Shown: positions 1 through 8,882 of the stretch, in pieces
How positions within the stretch are numbered: the stretch's first letter is position 1
How the letters are laid out: every line of letters starts with the position of its first letter
Origin: an uncultured Spirochaetota bacterium
GTDB lineage: Bacteria > Spirochaetota > Brevinematia > Brevinematales > JAOACQ01
Assembly: GCA_963835575.1 (NCBI GenBank)
Contig: CAWIGG010000004.1
Coordinates: forward strand, 320,001 to 384,000
DNA length: 64,000 nucleotides
Direction of reading: 5' to 3'
Program-made: the position numbers and the translations under genes
Notes under the pieces: model-generated
Databases searched by the model: none
The model's input: only the letters and a program-made list of their open reading frames with translations
Told to the model about the DNA's origin: nothing

Positions 1-1090
1 TCGGTATGACCGCGCTGAGAATGACCACGGTCACAAGTATGGTGTATTGATTCTGATCGATAATATGGTTATTCAGGCCGAACAGGGCGGAAATGGTCCC
101 GAAAGTGAGCCCGGTGGACATCAGCAGGGTTGTGTAGTTCGCTTCCTTCGGGCGCATTTTGAACATTCTGGCCGACGGCCAGACGCCTATCGCTTTTGTA
201 AAAACTTTCAATAATAGCAAAACCGCGATAACGGCCAATGAAGCCCAAACGGCGGGAAGCGAGACAAAAAGCCCCGCTTTCATAAAATAAAACGGCGTAA
301 ATATGGTAAACGCGATTGTCCGCATTCTGGCAACCAGCGTTTTATCCCTTAAAAATACTCCCGCCACAACAAGCCCGACGAGATAGGCCGGAAGCACCGC
401 CTCGCTTTTCGCCGTCGTCGCGAGGCCGCCGAGGAAAAACAGGATCAGGAAAATAAATTTCACTTCCGGTTCGCTGACCCTTTTCGCTCCCAATTTTCCA
501 ATGATATATTGCGTCAATTTCGGCATGAACCATAATACTATTACAAGAACGACGGCAAAAACCAGAAGCCAGATGTTGAAATCGGCGAATAAAATACCTA
601 AAGCCAGAACGGTCCCAAAGTCCGTTATAAAACAGGCGGCGAGAAGCATCTTTCCCATAGCCGTTTCGGAAAGCCCCTTTTCGATCATCACGGCGTAAAT
701 CACCGCGACGGAAGTCGTTGACAGGGCTATTCCAGCGATCTGCGCCTGATGAAGCCCCCATCCCAATACAAATTGGGCGAACAGCCATACCGCCCCGAAC
801 GGGACAGCGAACAACAGAACGCCTATTATGAAACTGACCTTAAAATTTGTCTTGAGCGATTGCGGGTCGATTTCCGCGCCCGCCAGAAAAGTCAGAACGC
901 CGCTTCCCAGCATCGCCAGAAAATCGATCCATTGGGTCGTCCCATGGATACCGAGAAAATTGCCCGCGAAAACCCCTACGAATATTTCAACAAGGGCGAC
1001 GGATATTCCTATCCTTATTGATATCAAACTGGCGGCAAACGCGAGCCCCATCCACACCGCCGCCGTAAGCCACACATTGTCAAAGAGCAT
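1..1090 (-). CDS. Cation:proton antiporter (CPA2/Kef-like Na+/H+ exchanger family), 3' end runs off the window
   Basis: Not in the ORF track because no stop is in the window. Manual translation from ATG 1090 (GGAGG RBS upstream) gives MLFDNVWLTAAVWMGLAFAASLISIRIGISVALVEIF...LTFLAGAEID...ALSTTSVAVIYAVM...TPFYFMKAG, open to base 1 and highly hydrophobic. Confidence 0.85.
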   Translation of the reverse strand, partial: MLFDNVWLTAAVWMGLAFAASLISIRIGISVALVEIFVGVFAGNFLGIHGTTQWIDFLAMLGSGVLTFLAGAEIDPQSLKTNFKVSFIIGVLLFAVPFGAVWLFAQFVLGWGLHQAQIAGIALSTTSVAVIYAVMIEKGLSETAMGKMLLAACFITDFGTVLALGILFADFNIWLLVFAVVLVIVLWFMPKLTQYIIGKLGAKRVSEPEVKFIFLILFFLGGLATTAKSEAVLPAYLVGLVVAGVFLRDKTLVARMRTIAFTIFTPFYFMKAGLFVSLPAVWASLAVIAVLLLLKVFTKAIGVWPSARMFKMRPKEANYTTLLMSTGLTFGTISALFGLNNHIIDQNQYTILVTVVILSAVIP

Positions 1091-1113
1091 TATCTTCCTC
1101 CATATCTAAATAA

Positions 1114-1764
1114 CTAATATTTCATCCCTTCATAACCGGAAAACATCCGCACCGCTTTTTGATAGATGAGCTGTTCCTCATAGGTCAGGTCCGGCCTGCC
1201 GCCGCCCAAAGAATAATTCCTGAAATCAATGAAATTCTTCAGTTTTGAGAATATCTCCTCAAATATTGAGATTTGAAAGGATTTGATCCATTCCGGCGGG
1301 CGGTTTTTGTATTTTTTAATGAGTTTAAGATAGTGAGGAACGCAGAGGCCATGGGAATTGAGAAAGGATCCCTTAAACTCTTCTTCGATCATGAAATCTT
1401 TAAGGGACGAAATGTACATATTCTCCGATGACCGCGCGAAATCGCATGCCTGGCAATCCTTTGTCTGCGTCAATCCTGGATTCGCCGGGCTGATTGATTT
1501 CATTTCATCCAGTTTATCCATTGAAAGATAATAGTAAAGGCTTGCAGAGGCCATCGCGTTTTTATAGCCGAGAAATTTATACGAATGGAAATTACAGAAG
1601 CCTTTATTTTCCCGGAATTTCCCGATAAACCCGAAATCATTAACACCTTCGTATAATAGATCATCAAAGTATTTTTCCATTGCTCCGGATAAATAAAAAC
1701 ACGCAGGACATTCGTCTGCTTGAAAGGAATCCATTATTTTATAATAGAAGGTATGTTTTTCCAT
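1114..1764 (-). CDS. DUF6062-like protein with two repeated CxxC...CxxH putative Zn sites
   Basis: Motifs CPAC, FCNFH, CQAC and LCVPH; 216 aa; AGGAGG RBS. Confidence 0.6.
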   Translation of the reverse strand: MEKHTFYYKIMDSFQADECPACFYLSGAMEKYFDDLLYEGVNDFGFIGKFRENKGFCNFHSYKFLGYKNAMASASLYYYLSMDKLDEMKSISPANPGLTQTKDCQACDFARSSENMYISSLKDFMIEEEFKGSFLNSHGLCVPHYLKLIKKYKNRPPEWIKSFQISIFEEIFSKLKNFIDFRNYSLGGGRPDLTYEEQLIYQKAVRMFSGYEGMKY

Positions 1765-1789
1765 CGCTCCTCCTGCCTGAAGAAATTTC

Positions 1790-1842
1790 CCGCAGGAGTT
1801 ATCAGCCTTTGAGGCGGTTAGAGGTGAACTCCATCACCCTTT
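1790..1842 (-). promoter_or_regulatory. Fluoride riboswitch (crcB motif)
   Basis: Minus strand reads GGTGATGGAGTTCACC-TCTAACCGCCTCAAAGGCTGATAACTCCTGC. This gives P1 GGUGA/UCACC, pseudoknot GGAGU/ACUCC and the AACCGC...GCUGAU core, matching the crcB consensus. Confidence 0.9.
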
Positions 1843-1871
1843 GTTTTTGAAGTGAATTACTTTATAAATAA

Positions 1872-1900
1872 ATTATAATAAGATCCCGGGCTCCCGTCAA
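1872..1900 (-). promoter_or_regulatory. Sigma70-type promoter for the fluoride-riboswitch operon
   Basis: TTGACG-N17-TATAAT on the minus strand, about 30 nt upstream of the riboswitch. Confidence 0.75.
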
Positions 1901-4900
1901 GTTTTAAAAAACGTAAAATTATAATTCATTGAATTTATTTTCAAAATATTTGAGTTTTAATTTATGATGGAATATTCTATAAGAAGGAAATACAAATAAT
2001 TACAGGAATCGTTGATGAACCCGTTAACTTTATTCCATCCCCTCATTAAAAAATGGTTCGGTGAAAAGATCGGAACGCCCACGGAAATCCAGTCCAGGTC
2101 ATGGCCTTTGATCGCCGATGGGCGGCATGTCCTGATGACCGCGCCGACCGGAACAGGAAAAACACTGGCCGCTTTTCTCTGGGCTTTAGACCGGCTCCTC
2201 ACCGGGAAATGGGAACCTGGTAAAACCAGTGTTCTCTATATATCGCCGCTGAAAGCGCTCAATAACGACGTGCGGAAAAACCTCCTCAAACCGCTTGAGG
2301 AAATTAAATCTTATTTTAATTCGGAAGGGCTTAATTTTCCGGATATAAAAGTGTTCGTCAGGAGCGGAGACACGCCCCCGGATGAAAGGCGGAGAATGGT
2401 CAGCCGGCCGCCGGAAATCCTCATTACGACACCGGAAAGCCTGAATATCCTTCTGACATCAAAAAACAGCTTTACTCTCTTCGATGGTTTGAAGACGGTA
2501 ATCCTGGATGAAATCCATGCACTGGCCGGAAATAAAAGAGGCACTTACCTCATCTGCGCCGTGGAGCGGCTCACACGAATTGCCGGGGAATTCCAGCGCG
2601 TCGTCCTCTCAGCGACGGCAAAGCCTCTTCAGGTCATAGCTGATTGGGCCGGAAGCCAGAGAAAGATGGAGATCGCCGAATCGGCGCAGTCAAAGGAATA
2701 CGAAGTGTCCGTCACATTCCCGGCTGACGCAAGGGAAAAGATGATTGACGATTCATGGTGGCCGCCTTTGATCGACGAATTCAAGAAGAGGATCAAAAGC
2801 CGCCGTTCGACTTTGCTCTTTGCCAACAGCCGGAGATTGACTGAAAAAGTTGTCCGGCTGATCAATGAAAACGAGCCGGAGATCATAGCCTATTCACACC
2901 ATGGCTCCATCTCAAAGGAAATCCGCCTGGCTGTGGAGGACAGACTGAAAAAGGGCGAGCTTAAGGCGATCGTCGCCACAAATTCCCTCGAACTGGGGAT
3001 CGACATCGGCGAACTGGACCAGGTCATTCTCATCCAGACGCCCCGCTCGATTTCCTCCGCACTGCAGAGGGTCGGCCGCGCCGGGCACCAGGTCGGCGCC
3101 GTCAGCAGGGGCCTTCTTTTCCCGACGCATGGACGCGACTTCCTGGACGCGGCCGTGATGGCCAGAAGCGTCAGGGACTTCGAGATAGAGTCCATCAGGC
3201 CCGTCGAGTGCCCGCTCGACCTGCTGGCCCAGATCATCCTCTCCATGACGCTTGTCGAGGAATGGGACATCGACAAGCTCTACGGTTTTATCAGAACTTT
3301 TTATCCCTATAGAAACCTGCTGAAAAAGCATTATCTCCTTGTGCTTGATATGCTCTCCGGGCGGTATGCCGACAGCCGCATCAAGGAGCTCAGGCCGAGG
3401 ATTTCCGTCGATAAACTGGAAAACAAGGTCCGCGCCAGGGAAGGATCGGCCTACCTGATCTATCTTTCCGGCGGGACGATCCCCGACCGGGGCTATTATA
3501 ATATCCGGCTTCAGGACACCCATGCCAAAATCGGCGAGCTGGACGAGGAATTTGTCTGGGAAAGAAAGATCGGCGAATCATTTTCTCTAGGGACAAGCGT
3601 CTGGAGGATCCAGAAGATAACTCATAACGATGTGGAGGTCGTCCCGGTGGAATACGACCCGAATATCATTCCTTTCTGGAAAGCGGACGAGTTCGATAAG
3701 GATTTTTTCCTCTGTGAAAAGATAGCTCTTTTCCTGGAAAAGGCGGATGAATTAATAGAAGATGAAACGGTTTTTTTAAACAAACTGCGGACGGAATACT
3801 CCATGGACGAGGCCTCCTCAAAGGAGCTTTACTTCTTTTTAAAATTACAAAAAGACATGACGCGATCTTCACTTCCAAGCCGGCATCACCTTTTGATCGA
3901 GCATATCCTGACAAAGGCCCCCGGCGATAACAAGCAGGTCGTCCTTCACACCCTCTGGGGCGGCAGGGTGAACCACCCATTCGCGATGGCGCTCAGCGCC
4001 GCCTGGGATGAAAAATACGGCAACCCGCTGGAAGTCATGGTCAACGATGACTGTGTTTTATTGATGCTTCCGCATTCATTTGATGGAAAAGAAATTTTTG
4101 ATATCATCGGTCCAACGGACATCGAAACGCTTCTCCGGCGGAAGCTCGAAAACACAGGCTATTTCGGCGCCCGTTTCCGCGAGAACGCGGGCAGGGCGCT
4201 CCTCCTGCCGAAAGGCGATTTCCACAGCCGCGTCCCGCTCTGGCTGAACCGCCTCCGCTCCAAAAAGCTTATGGAAGCGGTCAAAAAGTATAATGATTTT
4301 CCCATCCTGCTTGAGACATGGCGCGAATGCCTTCAGGACGAGCTCGACCTGGCAAGCCTGAGAAAAGTCCTGGACGAGGTCCGGAACGGGATGATCCGGA
4401 TCAGTGAAACGGAGACACGGGAACCTTCCCCCTTCTGCGGCAGCATCATCTGGAAGCAGGAAAATACTTACACATATCTTGACGACACACCGGCACCCTC
4501 CGGAACATCAGCACTGTCGGGGGACCTTTTTAAGGATATCCTCCTTCAGTCCGGCCTTCGGCCCCGGCTTCCGGAAAAGCTCGTCTTGGAATTCGAACAG
4601 AAGCTGAAAAGGACAGCGCCGGACTATTCCCCGCAGAACGCTCAGGACCTCCTCGACTGGATCAAGGAAAGGCTTCTCATTCCCGAAGACGAATGGAACG
4701 AGCTCCTCACTGCCGCCGCTGGAAATGAGGAAAATATACATGATGGTTTGAAAAAACTTGAGAATAAAGTTTTTATGATCAAATCTCCTGAAACCGGCAG
4801 CGGACTCATTTTTGCCGCTGAAAACCTGTCGATTATTATAAATTTTTATGATGCCGCGCCGGAAGATTTAAGTCTATATGATCTGTCCGGCAGTCCGGTT

Positions 4901-5781
4901 AAAGAAAATGTCATAAACCGCCTGATAAAGCTTTCGGAAAAAATCAATTCCGAGTCCGCCCTTCTGGACGAAAACCGTTTTGTCCTGCAGTGGCTTTCCT
5001 ATTATTCCGCGATTGAGGCAGACATTATAAATAAAAAGCTCTTAATTGAAAAAAACCGCATCCAGGGAATAATCGGAATCCTTTCTGAATCGGAAGACGT
5101 GATCGCGGATTGCCTGATCGAAGGGGACAAAAATCTTTATATTTCAATTAAGGAAAATCTGGAGTCCATGCTCCGGATGCTCCGCCACAGCCGGCAAATC
5201 TCGTTCAAAGCCCTGCCCGTGGAGGCGCTCCAACTCTACCTGGCTTCATTTCAGAACGTCATCCGGAAAAACGATTCTAATGAAGGCCTCAAAATAAGCC
5301 TGGAAAAGCTCTTCGGCTATCCGCTGGAAGCCGACGCCTGGGAAGAGGCCGTATTTCCGGCAAGGCTCGCGCCGTATTATACATCCTGGCTTGACAGCCT
5401 CCTGCAGAACACGGGACTCGTCTGGTTCGGCTGTGGAAAAAAAAAGGTTTCCTTCGCTTTTCAGGAAGACCTCGAACTATTCGAGGATCAGTCCCGCCGT
5501 CCGGAAAGCATGACTAGTCTGGAAGAGGGAAAACGTTACAGTTTTTTTGATATAGCCGGACTGCTTGATCTCAATTCGGAAAAAGCCTCTGAAACAGTAT
5601 GGAACATGGCATGGAAAGGCGTCATCGGCAACGATTCCTTCGAGACAGTCAGAAAGGGAATTCAAAACAAATTTTCCGCCTTTAAAATACAGGATCAGAA
5701 GTCCCTCAGCCGCCGCTCCGGCCAGAGCCGCTGGGAATCCAGCCGGCCGATCCTGGGAAGCTGGTACGCTTTTACGACAGC

Positions 5782-7456
5782 TTGCCTGTCGGTTATTTCA
5801 TTTTCGGAGTCAAACCAGCCCCTTACAATAAGCGGGCAAATAAAAATTTTGTCAGCTTAGCTGATTTTAATAATAAATTTCGAATAATCGATACTCAGAC
5901 TATACAAAATCCTCTCTATTTTCTCAAATATTGGGCATATTTCATAAAATTATGCGCAAGGGATACCCAGCATAGCTCCAAATTCACTTTCCGTTGACCT
6001 CTGTAAACTGTCTGAACATAACCCTTCTGTGTTTTGATGTTTGAAAATACGTGTTCTTTACCTATCCTGCGGTTGTATATCTTTTGCCCTTCTTCGCTGT
6101 AAAGTTTTGTTAAATAAGCATCAATCTTAGACCGATTATTCAATTCAAACTCACTGAAAATTACTGTCTTTTGCTGTGTTTTCGGTTTGATGTTTTTATA
6201 ACACTCACTGAAAAATGGACATCTTTCACAGCCCTTCCGTGAATACAAAAATGTATATCTTTGGTTATTTCGATCTAAATACCCATTTTCCTTACGGCCG
6301 CCCCGGCATCCCAGGATATATTCGTCATCAATCTTTTCCAGTTTAAAGTCTCTTCGCTTCTGTGATTTATCACTGAAATCCCGCTCTTTCGTATCCACAT
6401 AAAGGTCTTTTCCTTCCTCCACCATCCGGATTGTCTCTTCCATGTCCTGAAAACCCGAATCAAAAAGGTATTTGCTAGCCTTATCAACTTTTAATTCCGC
6501 TTTTTTCTGTTCCACCCTCTTTACCATTTCTTCCGTATGCTGTTTTTCCGGTGTTGTGATTGCTTCAAAATCTATAATCACATCATTATTACTGACCATC
6601 ATCGCCGAATTATATCCCTGTATAAACACACTATGCGGATTTCCAGACATCAGCTTGCTTTCGGGATCAGTCAGGTTGGTGAATTCTTCGTCTGTCTTTT
6701 CCCCTCTCTCTACCTGTTTTTTGTATTCATCGATTTGGTTCAAAACACTATCGTAAATCTTTTTCCGCCTTGATACCCGCTTCTTCTCCGCTTCGTAATA
6801 AGGCTGCTCCAGCTTGCCTTCCCGGTAAGATTCTTCCAGTTCCAGGTCTTGTTTCACAATCTTTTCCGCCATCTTCTGGTAAGTGTCCATCAGCTTCCGG
6901 GTATGTTTCTTTCCCACATTCTTATTCTTACTCGCGTAGGCCTTGATCTTTGTGCCGTCACCCACTACCATGTCCCAATCTATAGACCCCATTTCGTTGA
7001 GTATATATAAAAGCTGGCTGAACAACTCCTCGATCTTTTCCTGAAAAAGTACCTTGAACTCGCAAATTACCGAATGGTCAATTTTCAGCCGGTTTGAAAC
7101 ATACATAAACCCAATGTGTTTTTTCAGCAAATCTTCTATCTTTCGGCTGATACGATTTCCCGTAATGTAACCGTAGAGTACCGCACAGATCACATCCCGA
7201 GGATTTTTAATCTCTCTGCCTCTATGGTCGTTCTTATAGTAAGCCGCGAAATCCTCCAGTTTAATACGGTTTTTGATGAATTCTTTTAGTATAAATTCTC
7301 TGGAATTCTCATCAAACTGCTCGCCTATATTGATCGCGAGGAACTCACCCTGCTCCAGGCTGTTCTTTTCAAATCTTGCCATCTTTTTCTCCCGTTTTAT
7401 TTTAACGGGAACCCTGCCGTATGTCCATGAAGCATGTTATAAAAACCGACAGGCAA
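5782..7456 (-). mobile_element. IS1182-family insertion sequence, 1675 bp
   Basis: Terminal IRs TTGCCTGTCGGTT (5782-5794) and AACCGACAGGCAA (7444-7456); 4-bp target duplication CAGC (5778-5781 and 7457-7460). Confidence 0.9.
5916..7382 (-). CDS. IS1182-family DDE transposase
   Basis: Motifs DGTKIKAYAS, NLTDPESKLM, QGYN, DSGF and YNRRIGKEHVFSNIK...RG.RKVNLE; 488 aa. Confidence 0.85.
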   Translation of the reverse strand: MARFEKNSLEQGEFLAINIGEQFDENSREFILKEFIKNRIKLEDFAAYYKNDHRGREIKNPRDVICAVLYGYITGNRISRKIEDLLKKHIGFMYVSNRLKIDHSVICEFKVLFQEKIEELFSQLLYILNEMGSIDWDMVVGDGTKIKAYASKNKNVGKKHTRKLMDTYQKMAEKIVKQDLELEESYREGKLEQPYYEAEKKRVSRRKKIYDSVLNQIDEYKKQVERGEKTDEEFTNLTDPESKLMSGNPHSVFIQGYNSAMMVSNNDVIIDFEAITTPEKQHTEEMVKRVEQKKAELKVDKASKYLFDSGFQDMEETIRMVEEGKDLYVDTKERDFSDKSQKRRDFKLEKIDDEYILGCRGGRKENGYLDRNNQRYTFLYSRKGCERCPFFSECYKNIKPKTQQKTVIFSEFELNNRSKIDAYLTKLYSEEGQKIYNRRIGKEHVFSNIKTQKGYVQTVYRGQRKVNLELCWVSLAHNFMKYAQYLRK

Positions 7457-8194
7457 CAGCCGTAAAAGAAAGCGACCCGATAGAAGAAGTCGAGATGATA
7501 AAAAACCGCGCCCGCGTCCTATTCGACCGTTACGGCGTTCTTTTCAGGGAGCTCATCGCGAACAAACTGCCGGCCCTGCAGTGGGGCAGGCTCCTGAAGG
7601 TCCTCCGGCTGATGGAACTTTCCGGCGAGATCATCCCGGGCTACTTTTTCGAAGGCATACCCGGCCTCCAGTTCGCCTCCCATGAGGCCTTCCGCTTTCT
7701 CAATAAGGTGCTGCCGGAGGATTCCGTTTACTGGCTGTGCGCCGTCGACCCGGCGTCCCTCTGCGGCATCAAGCCGGAAGGATTGAGGCAGAAATTCCCT
7801 AGAAGGATTTCATCTAATTATATGGTTTTTCATGGAAGGGACCTGGTCCTGACAATCGAAAGGGACGGCAGGGCGCTCGAATTCACCGTTGAACCGGGCC
7901 TGCCTCAGATTCAGAAGTACCTGGAGGTATTCAAGACGCTCCTGACAAGGGAATTCAATCCCCTTTCTGCCGTCCGTGTGGAGAAGATCAACGGCATCGC
8001 TGCGGCGGAGAGTCCTTATAAAGAGGATTTGAAGAAGTTCGGGTTTCAGGCAAGCTATAAGGGACTGGAATTGTGGAAGTATTAGAATTATAAAAGATAA
8101 CTATAGTATTTAAACACTTTTGTTTTTTAACACGAAGAGCACGAAGATTATTAACGATTCATTGATTATCGGATTGAAAATTCTAACTAATGGC

Positions 8195-8268
8195 TCTTTT
8201 TTGTAATATCCAATTCCACACGGATGGGCGCGGATGAGGCGGATTCGCGCGGATTTTATTTTTTCATA
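8195..8268 (+). repeat. 9-nt-periodic CGGAT repeat arm, copy 1
   Basis: TCTTTTTTGTAATATCCAATTCCACACGGATGGGCGCGGATGAGGCGGATTCGCGCGGATTTT; direct repeat of 8798-8877. Confidence 0.85.
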
Positions 8269-8352
8269 GTCGGAAATTTATTTAATTAATTCGGTACTTA
8301 AAGTTATCTGACAAGACCAATATATAAACCACAAAACACAAGAGCACGGAGG

Positions 8353-8493
8353 CTTGATACAATATATTTTGATATTGTTACAGTTTTTGAATATAATATT
8401 ACTCCGGCGGACAGAAGATTACTCAGAAAGATAATATTCGGGAATTTCGATTACATCCTATCGGAATGGAATAAATTTAAAAGGGGGAAATAA
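8353..8493 (+). pseudogene. 5'-truncated DUF4160-like gene remnant
   Basis: Frame LDTIYFDIVTVFEYNITPADRRLLRKIIFGNFDYILSEWNKFKRGK* resembles DUF4160 C-termini. Its TAA overlaps the ATG of the DUF2442 gene, the usual partner. No start codon lies before the repeat at 8327-8352. Confidence 0.6.
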
Positions 8494-8756
8494 TGCGGGT
8501 ATATCATAAAATCGATAGAATTGATTTTGAGGGACCAAAAATGATGCTTATCGTTGATGGGAAAAAATACATTATCGATATTCTTAAACAATCCAGAAAA
8601 TTAGCCAAAGCCGATATAAAAACAAAAATGAACTTTCAAATATCTCCTTCCGGGTATGGAATACATTGGCCGGAAATCGATGAGGACCTTTCAATTGACG
8701 GGCTGATCGGGAATAAAGCAATAAAATCAAAAAAGCTCACGACTAAAATTTCTTAA
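8493..8756 (+). CDS. DUF2442-family protein (putative antitoxin partner of DUF4160)
   Basis: Signature ISPSGYGIHWPEIDEDLSIDGL; 87 aa. Confidence 0.8.
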   Translation: MRVYHKIDRIDFEGPKMMLIVDGKKYIIDILKQSRKLAKADIKTKMNFQISPSGYGIHWPEIDEDLSIDGLIGNKAIKSKKLTTKIS

Positions 8757-8797
8757 TAAATTCTCATGTTGTTGAATTGAATATTTAAATTCATGAT

Positions 8798-8877
8798 TCT
8801 TTTTTGTAATATCTGATTGTTCACACGGATACGCGCGAATGAGGCGGATTTGCGCGGATTTTAATTTGTATTTCATA
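8798..8877 (+). repeat. 9-nt-periodic CGGAT repeat arm, copy 2
   Basis: TCTTTTTTGTAATATCTGATTGTTCACACGGATACGCGCGAATGAGGCGGATTTGCGCGGATTTT. Confidence 0.85.
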
Positions 8878-8882
8878 TTGTA

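Larger units (their letters stand above)
2015..8085 (+). pseudogene. lhr: Lhr-family ATP-dependent DEAD/H helicase (long form), interrupted by an IS at 5782-7456
   Basis: Motifs APTGTGKT, YISPLKALNND, DEIH, SAT, HHGS and QRVGRAGH. The C-terminal fragment carries RYGVLFRE, GYFFEG.PG.QFA and AVDPA. Removing the IS plus one CAGC copy rejoins ...WYAFTTA-VKESDP... in frame (~1463 aa). Confidence 0.88.

Noticed and set aside
342..1109. ORF-track ORFs 342-788, 501-698, 749-1021 and 828-1109
   Set aside because: These are shadow frames of the antiporter gene, which is open from 1090 to the window edge with no frameshift.
7273..7456. N-terminal part of the 270-aa ORF 7273-8085
   Set aside because: It lies inside the IS, antisense to the transposase; only the sequence after 7460 is lhr.
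8195..8877. CRISPR array or integron attC interpretation of the periodic repeats
   Set aside because: There is no constant repeat with regular unique spacers, no cas or intI gene, and no RYYYAAC/GTTRRRY box pairs at the arm ends.
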